Shown here: one piece after another, positions 51,906 to 64,000 of the stretch
Layout: every line of letters begins with the position of its first letter
Position numbering within the stretch: position 1 is the first letter of the stretch
Origin: Octopus sinensis
Taxonomy: Eukaryota
Direction: 5' to 3'
Assembly: GCF_006345805.1 (NCBI RefSeq)
Contig: NC_043004.1
Location: forward strand, 2,976,001 to 3,040,000
Length of the DNA: 64,000 nucleotides
The notes under the pieces: model-generated
Database searches by the model: none
Seen by the model: the letters and a program-made list of their open reading frames with translations, nothing else
What the model was told of the DNA's origin: nothing
Made by a program: the position numbers and the translations under genes

Positions 51906-53084
51906 TGTGTGTGCTTGTGTGTTTGAAGCGAATTAACAGCTTCCTTTTAGAATGCTGGACGAAAAACCTACGGCATCAGTTCCGACTCCTGCGTACTGGG
52001 TTCAAACCCTATCGATAACCACTTCGCTTTTCATCCCTCCAGCATCTATGAATAAAGTACCCACGGATATCAGTGGTAACCATGCTTCTTTTCTTTTCCC
52101 CTTTTCCTGGATTAAAATTTCAGTTGCCTGACCTTATCAAAACGTAATACAATGGTTCGAATTGAGCTTTGTGTTATTTACTCATAACTTTCTATATTCG
52201 GAATTATGTTTATAAAGTGTAAAAAATAATTATATATATATATATCTGTATGTGTGTGTGTGTGTGAGTATGCGCGTTTTGCGTGTGTATTTGTGTATGT
52301 ATACATGAACATTTACTCATGCATACACATCTAAACATACACACACATATATACATGCATCCATACATACAGACGCACACCACTCACATATGTATACAGT
52401 TATGTGTGTGTCTGTGTTTATGTGTGTGTGTGTGTGTTTATATGTGTGTGTGTGTGTGTGCGCGCGCGCTTGGTATTACTCCACTGCAACCCTATCACAA
52501 TATAATCTTTGTATCTTTGTGTTTCATCAGCAAATGTTGAACGTTGCCTGCGATGCTTCATATCTAACGAACAGATATTAAAGTAATTTGTAGATAATAA
52601 ATGTTAGATAATACAGCATAGAAGTGGTTCAATCCACTGTAGTTCCTGTGTTATATGAAACCCACGCATTATCTTGTGTTGCATGTAGCGTAAAATTCGA
52701 GGGCTGCGAATAACGCATCTATTTACAGGTCAGAACAAACGTTGACTCCCAACAATAGCACAATTTGTCTAGCGGCTTTATTCATAGCACAATTACTGCA
52801 ACAAATAAAATTGCCCATTGGATCAATTACCAGCTTACGTTCAGATCTTCTCAAGGGGCGTTGAGGGGTTTTTTTCTATCTTCACTTTTTGTAAGGCTCC
52901 CATGAGTTAATTCGCAAATCTTACTCGGTTGCAAAAAGTATCTGAATCTTAAAGAAATATTCTGGAAATCTCAACGGAAAAAAAATTCCCTATGTTAACA
53001 AAATATCCTGGAGTTACTGCACCATCTAGCGTCTCCTGTAATTGCATGGATATTTTGTCTCACCTTATATCTTCCAATAAAACT

Positions 53085-53762
53085 TTTCTACTATAGGCAC
53101 AAGGCCTGACATTTTGGGGGAAGGGGTAAGTTGATCACATAGACACCAGTACTAAACAAGTACTTAATTTATCGACCTCGAAAGGATGAAAGGCAAAGTC
53201 GACCTCGGCGGAATTTGAACTCAGAGCGTAGCGGCAGATGAAATACTGCTAAGCATTTCGCCCGACGTGCTAATGATTCTTATTTCTTTATTGCCCACAA
53301 GGGGCTAAACATAGAGGGGACAAACAAGGACAGACAAACGGATTAAATCGATTATACCGACCACAGTGCGTAACTGGTACTTATTTAATCGACCCCGAAA
53401 GGATGAAAAGCAAAGTCGACCTCGGCGGAATTTGAACTCAGAACGCAACGGCTGACGAAATACTGCTAAGCATTTCGCCCGGCGTGCTCACGTTTCTGCC
53501 AGCTCGCCGCCTTATATCTTCCAATAGACCTAATTCTTTACAACCCACAAAAGCTAAACACAGAGAGGACAAACAAGGACACACAAACGGATTAAGTCGA
53601 TTATATCGACCTCAGTGCGTAACTGGTACTTAATTTATCGAACCCGAAAGGATGAAAGGCAAAGTCGACCTCGGCGGAATTTGAACTCAGAACGCAACGG
53701 CTGACGAAATGCGGCTACGCATTTCGCCCTGCGTGCTAACGTTTCTGCCAGCTCGCCGTCTT
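53085..53762 (-). mobile_element. Three adjacent Nin/Deu-domain SINE units
   Basis: Three copies of GAAAGGATGAAAGGCAAAGTCGACCTCGGCGGAATTTGAACTCAG; heads CTGCCAGCTCGCCG at ~53510 and ~53758; TATCTTCCAATA repeated at the borders (TSD-like). Confidence 0.85.
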
Positions 53763-53989
53763 AATATCTTCCAATAAACCGTTGACGCACTTTTTCAGTA
53801 GATGACCCACAAAAATCACGTGGAAAAATTTCACAGACTATCTAATACTATTTACATTTAATTAAAATATTTCCTTCGTGGTTGTGTGGTTGCTTTTGGG
53901 TAAATGCCTTCTAATTTAGATTCGCTCCGACGTAAACATTGTAAGTGGATTTGGTAGACGAAATGAAAGAAACCCGTCATATACATACA

Positions 53990-54150
53990 CATCATCATCG
54001 TCATCATCACCATAATCATTCAACGTCCGCCTTCCATGCCGGCATGGGTGCAACCGTTTGACAGAAGCCTGCATCAGACTTCTGAGACTGTTTTGGCAAG
54101 ATTTTACCGCTGGATGCCCTTCCTAACACCAACCACCCAGCAGAGTGTAA
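53990..54150 (-). mobile_element. SINE/LINE 3' end with (GAT)n tail (RTE-type tail)
   Basis: (CAT)n followed by CAACGTCCGCCTTCCATGC..GCTGGATGCCCTTCCTAACACCAACCAC. Confidence 0.5.
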
Positions 54151-54429
54151 GTTAGGGAAAGGGATCAACATAATAAGCACCATGCTAAAAAATAAAATAT
54201 ATATAAAAATAAAACAACAAAACCGGTACTGGATCGATACGTTCTTCTAAAAATTATTCAAGGTGGTGCTCCAGCATGGCTGCAGTCCAATGACTGAAAC
54301 AAGTGAAAAGTAAAAGATACAATCTACATCAATTGATGGATTGGTGATGAATTCAACAGATTTGACATGATCGTTGTTCTTTTTGTAGGTTAGTGAGGAG
54401 GAAGGCGGGGTTGATCCATGACTTTGGGA

Positions 54430-54514
54430 GACCCTCTCGTAAGGGCGACCCTCTCGTAAGGGCGACCCTCTCGTAAGGGCGACCCTCTCGTAAGGGCGAC
54501 CCTCTCGTAAGGGC
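54430..54514. repeat. Five perfect copies of 17-bp GACCCTCTCGTAAGGGC
   Basis: Direct reading. Confidence 0.97.
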
Positions 54515-54659
54515 GAACCTGGTGGGGGTGGTTGATGTTCAGATTGAAAGGGAAAAGGAAATAGACAGAAAGAAGGAAAAAAGATATTGAAAGCTGGAGT
54601 TTGATATTGTTTTATTATCGTGGTTGCTATTGATGTTGCCCTTGTTGTTATAGGTGAAT

Positions 54660-54995
54660 GAAGTCACGTGGCTTAATGGTTAGGATATTCAATTCACGAC
54701 CATAAAGCCGCGAGTTCGATTCCCGGCGGGGCGTTGAGTCCTTAAACAAAACATTTTATTTCACGTTTTTGCAGACCATCAGCGGGCAGAAGACAAGTAG
54801 AACCTGGATTTCAAAGGGCAAAGGGGCCAGTCTTGTCACATACTGTGTCGCGCTGATTCTCCCTGAGAAACTACATTAAAGGTACGCATGTTTTGTGGAG
54901 TACTCAGCCACTTGCACATTTATTTCACGATCAGGCTGTTCCGTTGATCGGATTAACTGGAACGGTCATCGTCGTAACCGACGGAGAGTCAGTTG
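54660..54995 (+). mobile_element. tRNA-derived SINE
   Basis: A box TGGCTTAATGGTTAGG, B box GAGTTCGATTCCC, then a non-tRNA body. Confidence 0.75.
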
Positions 54996-55326
54996 TTATA
55001 GGTGAAAATAACGGCCAACGACGATAATACTGAGGACACTGGTGGAGGTAGTGATGGGGAACAGTGATGATGATGATGATGAGATGATGATGATGATGGT
55101 GGTGGTGGTGGTGGTGGTGGTGGTGGTGGTGACGATGATGATGATTTATGACATTTCGTCTGGTTTGGCCAAACAACTCTCCTTACAACTATTGTTGCTG
55201 CTGCTGTTGTCGTCGTGGTCTTTGTTTTGTTTTTGCTTTTTTTCTGTTTTCTATTTACTCCTCTGTCAACTAATAAAACAATAAGGATGTAAGGCACGTC
55301 ACAGGGATATATGAACGACGCCGGAA

Positions 55327-55600
55327 GCAGAAAGAAGAAGAAGAAGAAGAAGAAGAAGAAAAGAAGAAGAAGAAGAAGAGAAGAAGAGAAGAAGAAGAAG
55401 AAGAAAAAGAAGAAGCAGAAGAAACAAAGGAATAAGAAGAGGAAGAAGAAGAAAAAGAAGAAGAAGAGGAAGCAGAAGAAGCAAAGGAAGAAGAAGAGGA
55501 AGAAGAAGAAGAAAAAGAAGAAGAAGAAGAAGAAGAAGAGAAGAAAAAAGAAGAAGAAGAAGAAGAAAAAAGAAGAAGAAGAAGAAGAGCAACAACAACA
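55327..55600. repeat. (GAA)n tract
   Basis: Direct reading. Confidence 0.95.
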
Positions 55601-55869
55601 ACATTAATACAATGGTTAGAGTTGCTCATAAAAATAATAATGGTGAGGAAAATGAAGATTTCATAACGAAGAAATAGCATTGACTACACTCTGACAGTCT
55701 ATCTGAGCGCACGAGCATGTGTGTGTGTGCGTGTGTGTTATGATTGCTTGCGTGTGCGTGTGAACACTCACACACATGTACAGACGTCGGCTATTCTTAT
55801 ATTTTCCACAAGACTTTTAGAAAAACCTGACCGGCAAAGCTTGTCCTCAACATCGGACTCATCCAAATG

Positions 55870-58044
<2,175 letters not shown>

Positions 58045-58081
58045 CATCATCATCATTATTATTATTATTATTATTATTATT

Positions 58082-58118
<37 letters not shown>

Positions 58119-58138
58119 TATCATTATAATTATTATCA

Positions 58139-58189
<51 letters not shown>

Positions 58190-58239
58190 TATTATTATTA
58201 TTAATAATAATAATAATATTAATATTATACCACGAAAAA

Positions 58240-58410
58240 TCTCAGCTAGGTATGATGGAAAGTGTCAGGTGTTCACAACCAGCAGACCAGGGTGACACTT
58301 GTTTATTGATCATGCTTCTAGAACCATGCAAAGGACTCTTGCAGTTCCAAGCAATGGAGTTTTTTGTAGACATTCTATCTTTAAAATTGCGCCAATGTTT
58401 TTGAGTCATG
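58240..58410 (-). mobile_element. R4/Dong 3' end pointing into the (TTA)n tract
   Basis: LKNIGAILKIECLQKTPLLGTARVLCMVLEA*; similar to 49655-49827. Confidence 0.7.
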
Positions 58411-58719
58411 AGGGTAGTCGGGTGATGCGGTTCCTTACGTTTACATTCAAATCCTGTCGAAGTGAATTTCACCTTTTATAATTTGGGGTCGTTAATGAGA
58501 AGAAAGGGAGGAACTGGAGAAGGAAACTCACCTTCATTACAAAAGTGATCTCCCTTTATTTTGGTTGAAATATTAACAGCAGTGACGCAGACATTGCAAC
58601 AGCCGTCACACCATATAATGACTGCATCAACAGCAACACCTACACTACCTCCTCTCTTCCACCATCACCACCAGTATATTTAAATTACTGATACGTTCTC
58701 CCAAATCAGATATTGGCTC

Positions 58720-58875
58720 AAGGCCAGCAATTTCTGGGAAGTGGGTGATCAACTGGTACGAAAGGATACAAATTGAAGTTGATCCCGGTGGAATTTGAAC
58801 TCAGGCCGTAAAACAGACGAAATTCCGCTGAGTGTTTTGCCCGGTGCGGTTACGATTCTGCCATCTCGCAGCCTT
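58720..58875 (-). mobile_element. Diverged Nin/Deu-type SINE
   Basis: GGTGGAATTTGAACTCAG..CAGACGAAAT..GATTCTGCCATCTCGC. Confidence 0.6.
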
Positions 58876-59591
58876 ATTCTACCAGATCAGTTTAACAGCA
58901 ATTTAACAACGTCACAAGTAACATCGGCGGGTTCCCCATCCTCTCCGCTGCCGCCACCGAAAGCAACACATTTGCCATTGACTGTCACCCACATCGTCAC
59001 TATTAATTTAAGCATGTCGGTCGTCATAGTTAAAGGAACATGTGCCCGAGGACAAAGAAGCGGAAGTCCAGAGACTGCGCTTTACACCCTGACATAATCG
59101 CTCCACCACAAGCAGCAAAGGTACCGGAAAAGCAGAAGGGCTAACTATTTTATCCTGGTACAGGTAAAAAAGAAAAAAAGAAGGTATTCATTCTGTGTGA
59201 TGTGTTATAGAACAAGTTAGAAATGGAAGATATTATATGGGACGTTGGTTGCCTTAGATCTCAATGAAGATCAATTCAAAAGCCAGACAAACCTGTTTCT
59301 CGGCAGAATATTTCTTATGACCTTCTAACATAGGACACCCAGTAACTAAAGTAACACTTGGGCTCAGAAAACATCCCAAAGATCCAGATCTCTTCTTATT
59401 TTAATTTTTCCCCCTATTTTGAAGAGTGTGAATGATATAAGAGATACTTTGGAGGGCAGTAGCAGAAAGAGCGCAGAAATATAAAAGGTAGTATCAGTAA
59501 AACCAGTATTAACAAAGACTAGAACCACATCCAAGTGAATGTGAGTAGCACCATCTTCGAGACAGAAGTGTTCCCTCTATGTTCTCTCTCA

Positions 59592-59646
<55 letters not shown>

Positions 59647-59825
59647 GTGCGCGCAGTCACACACGAAAACTGGCATAGTTGATGGGCCCAAGGCCATAGC
59701 AGAAGACCCTAGCCCAAGGTGCCACACAGTAGGAGTGAACCCGGAACCATGCGGTTGCGAAGAAAAGTTCTTACTAGACATCCACGCTTGCTCCTGGTTA
59801 TATACATACATATATTTATACATAC

Positions 59826-59869
<44 letters not shown>

Positions 59870-59924
59870 GAGCACACATATATATATATGCACATACATA
59901 TATATATATATGTATATATGTACG

Positions 59925-59954
<30 letters not shown>

Positions 59955-59961
<7 letters not shown>

Positions 59962-60760
59962 CGATGGGTAGATTGTCACCATTTTATATTTTATTTCGTG
60001 CATGCGCATTGTTTGTTTTGATTTTGTCGAATACCTAGTATTGTAGGGTCGGTTCGGCACCGATTGTGAGAAAAACATCACCATGACGCAATTCAGTCTA
60101 CCAGAAATTTGGAAACGACATGCTGTACTGCTTGGCATTTGCTCCGGCAGCTCCAGTACGAACATGTACCGATACGAACACGTAGTGACACTGATAATAA
60201 TCAAACATCCAGTCAACATCATGGTGTTTAGAATGATCACTAATGATGGCGACGTTAACCCTCCATTCATCTTCAAACACGGCCTCAGACTCAACATAGA
60301 GGAGGTAGTGCTGACCTGGGTTAAGCGGGTGGCTGCTGGAAGAACCTATGTCTAGCAACAGGACTCTGCACCATGCCACAGAAGCAGGAGAAACCAGTCA
60401 TGGCTGTCAGACGATTTCTGCAGCCACATTACCACTAATATCCGGCCACCCGTCTTCCCACACACCAACCTACTCGATTATTATGTGTGGGGTGCAGTTG
60501 AGCGAGAGAACAACAAAACTCCTTGTAACATCAAAGATGAACTGAAGGCAAGGATTATTTACCAACTTAAATAAGGAGACCGTCCAGAAGAGCTGCAGGA
60601 GATTCCGAAGTCGTCCGGAGGCCGTGGTTGAAGCCGATGGCGATTTTATTGATTTAACTTACTCTTTAGTATTCCAAGGTATTTTTATGTAATTTTGATA
60701 AATATATCTGTTAAAATAAGATGTCAGTGATATTTTCTTTTTTGCGTAATTTAGATGACA
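59955..60760 (+). mobile_element. Decayed Tc1/mariner-superfamily transposon (DDE/D catalytic relic)
   Basis: IMVFRMITNDGDVNPPFIF..V*QQDSAPCH..WLSD..NLLDYYVWGAVERE..DELKARI; starts TA-TAGGGT after (TA)n. Confidence 0.75.
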
Positions 60761-60823
60761 GCTGTATGTGTATGTGTGAGTGTATACAATTTTCGTGACG
60801 TCTTTGCAGTTTAATTAATAAAG

Positions 60824-60890
<67 letters not shown>

Positions 60891-60892
60891 TG

Positions 60893-61137
60893 GAGGCGCG
60901 TGGCTTAGTGATTACGGTGTCAGCACCGTGATCGTAAAATTGTGGTTTCGATTCCTGGACTGGGCGACGCGTTCTGTTCTTAAGCAAAACACTTCACTTC
61001 ACATTTCTCCAGTCCATTCAGCTGGCAAAAATGAGTAACGCTGCGATGTACTGGCGTCCCATCCAGCTGGAGAACACATACGCCATTGAAACCGGGAAAC
61101 CGCGCCCATGAGCCTGGCTAGGCTTAAAAGGCGCATT
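60893..61137 (+). mobile_element. tRNA-derived SINE with V-domain-like segment
   Basis: TGGCTTAGTG..GGTTTCGATTCC head; CTGCGATGTACTGGCGTCCCATCCAG..GAAACCGGGAAAC resembles the V-SINE central domain. Confidence 0.65.
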
Positions 61138-61254
61138 AATATATATATATATATTATATATATATATATGTAGGTCCCGGGTTGATTCGGGGTTAACCAC
61201 AGTAAATAAGGTACTCAATACATAGCAGAGTAAAATTAATTTATTATATAGAGG

Positions 61255-61305
61255 AGCTTCTACAGGACTAGAACTGTTTCATTCAAGAGAAATCTTCAGG
61301 AAGCT
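61255..61305 (-). ncRNA. Type I hammerhead ribozyme motif (left arm copy)
   Basis: Exact reverse complement of 61748-61798. Confidence 0.7.
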
Positions 61306-61502
61306 AGTTAACAAGAATTGTATTGGCCATTTATACATTTAGGCAGGTTTAAAGGGGTGTTGGTGGGGGACTTATTGGGGGTAGGCATAGCGCAAAAAAA
61401 TCATACTTGGGGGAGTGGTCAAGGAGTCAGTGTTAAATTAGATAGGAGAATAAATAAAAAATAAAAAATAAAAAATATAAAAAAATAAATAAAAAATAAA
61501 AT

Positions 61503-61544
<42 letters not shown>

Positions 61545-61747
61545 TTAATTTTTTTTTTTATATTTTTTTTTTTTATTTTTATTTTTATTTTTTATTTTTT
61601 ATTTATTCTCCTATCTAATTTAACACTGACTCCTTGACACTCCCCCAAGTATGATTTTTGCGCTATGCCTACCCCAATAAGTCCCCCACCAACACCCCCT
61701 TTAAAACCTGCCTAAATGTATAAATGCCAATACAATTCTTGTTAACT

Positions 61748-61798
61748 AGCTTCCTGAAGATTTCTCTTGAATGAAACAGTTCTAGTCCTGTAGAAGCT
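61748..61798 (+). ncRNA. Type I hammerhead ribozyme motif (right arm copy)
   Basis: AGCTTC CTGAAGA T TTC tctt GAA T GAA ACAG ttctagtc CTGT A GAAGCT: 6-bp stem I, 3-bp stem II closed by U.U, 4-bp stem III, GUA triplet. Confidence 0.7.
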
Positions 61799-61815
61799 TC
61801 TTCTATATAAATAAA

Positions 61816-61858
<43 letters not shown>

Positions 61859-62717
61859 TATATATATACACACACACACAAACATACACAATGTAATGGT
61901 ATTTTTATGATGTCATACACATGCACACATAGATACATACACGCACACATACGTACATACATACGTTCATACATACATACATACAAACATACATACATAC
62001 ATACACATACACACACAAACATACATACCCTGAGTATAAGCGCAGCAGTTAGACGAAGGAGCTAACATTGTTGAACATGGAATAGCAGAAGAAAACGCCA
62101 CATCCATGTCATAGAAGACATTATTATAAGAGATATGCCATACTTGTACTCTTTCTTTCGAATATTGTAATATTGCAGTTATTTCTTCTGTTACTTCTAC
62201 GAATCCTTCAAATGAAATCTGCCTGAAACTGTCAGATATCAATATAGCAGGTGTCAGATATTATCTTATCGATTACTCTACAAATGATGTAAGCCGATGG
62301 CGAATAAAAAACAAAATAAATACATATGCACTTGTTGCTTGCCTTGAATCAGTTGAACTGTCATTTGTAGAATTATGTATCATGGATATTTCTGCTGCAT
62401 GACCTAGTAAAGAAACCAGCCATTAAGAATATTCTTTAAAAAGTACAATCAAGCAGCATCTTTAATCTGAATTTTCATGGAATAAATTACGATGGCAAAT
62501 TTCATATTATTTCGCTATTCTTTCAAATGCTGAGCCTCATCGTCTCTGGTTATGTCCCGTGATGTCTCATAGCGTCAGTACTATCAAGACTGCATCCCCA
62601 ACATGGCCCTTCTCTTCAGGAGCCCTGAAATACTGACGATCGTTGATAGCTCTGCAGAAAGCTCAAGTGAGAGTCACTATTGGAACAATGCTCCTTCTCC
62701 CTGGACTAGTATCGATA

Positions 62718-63055
<338 letters not shown>

Positions 63056-63159
63056 ATTTATACATAAATGTCTATATATATATATAGAGAGAGATAAATA
63101 GATAGATATATGCATACATATTTATATATGTATGCATATACGTGCGTGTATATTTGTGT

Positions 63160-63310
63160 ATCTGTGTTTGTCCGCCACCATCGCTTGACAACCGATGTTG
63201 ATGTATTGACGTCCCCACATCTTAGCGGTTCAGTAAAATAAACCGATAGAATAAGCACTAGGCTTACAAATGCGGTATGACTGAAAGAAGTAAAGAAATA
63301 AAAGACTAAA
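63160..63310 (+). mobile_element. SINE 3' half (family of 1340-1735)
   Basis: TGTGTTTGTCCGCCACCATCGCTTGACAACCGATG..ACCGATAGAATAAGCACTAGGCTTACAAA. Confidence 0.75.
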
Positions 63311-63319
63311 AGAATAGAT

Positions 63320-63366
<47 letters not shown>

Positions 63367-63512
63367 TATAGATGTGTATGTACGAGTGTGTGTATGAGTG
63401 TGTGTGTACGTAAATGTTGTGTTTATGTGTGTGTATCTAAGTGAGAGTGGATATACATATATACATACGTCCTTACATACGTGTATACATGCATACAAAA
63501 ATACATATACGC

Positions 63513-63600
<88 letters not shown>

Positions 63601-63848
63601 ATGTGTTACACAATGGATGAGGGATTGAGTGAGAAAATTAGAAGGAGATAAAAGGCAATGAGCGAGTGGTAGAGGTGGGGGAGATGAGGGTAACATATAC
63701 GTAGGTATTTCTCGGTGTGAATGGATCTACATAGCATCGGCGCACATATGCTTGCTTTCTTAATTCTTTACGGTTAGTCACCCATGTATTATCCTATTAT
63801 CAGATTTAATCACTCTAAAGATTGTTCTTTCGCCCAAACCCATATATA

Positions 63849-63879
<31 letters not shown>

Positions 63880-64000
63880 AAAGTAATCTGAGCGCTCATC
63901 AACAGAACGATCGTGGTGTGTGATGGGATGTGGTGTGTGTGTTGATGAGATGAATGTCATCTGTCAAGACGGAGCAATCATCATTCATATATATATATAT

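Larger units (their letters stand above)
61238..61815. mobile_element. Young fold-back element (Penelope-type inverted pseudo-LTR), ~265-bp arms around (TA)n
   Basis: 61238-61500 is the reverse complement of 61541-61815, differing mainly in homopolymer lengths. Confidence 0.85.

Noticed and set aside
62030-62222. Minus-strand 64-codon exon candidate
   Set aside because: Donor lies within a (TATG)n microsatellite and the peptide has no recognisable motif

Overview
AT-rich animal genomic DNA with a very heavy microsatellite load ((TA)n, (TG)n, (TAGA)n, (TAA)n, (GGTT)n, (GA)n). The tRNA-derived SINE types and repeat density suggest a cephalopod, probably Octopus (inference). No complete host gene is visible, and most listed ORFs are microsatellite artefacts. 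Recognisable elements are: several R4/Dong-clade LINE pieces, nearly all next to (TAA)n tracts; two HERO-like REL-endonuclease LINE fragments; a young, nearly complete CR1-type ORF2; a second CR1-like 3' end; an RTE-like 3' end; a decayed Gypsy (Mag-like) element with one LTR; two Tc1/mariner relics; a non-autonomous Helitron-like element; and many SINEs. There are candidate 3' exons of a possibly GPI-anchored protein at 0.4-1.0 kb and scattered candidate exons at 38-43 kb. The most notable unannotated signal is a set of short fold-back (inverted-repeat) elements in or beside microsatellites. Several carry type I hammerhead ribozyme motifs of the kind known from Penelope-like element pseudo-LTRs, including an apparently intact twin-hammerhead palindrome at 61.2-61.8 kb. 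All structures were read by eye, and boundaries are approximate unless stated.
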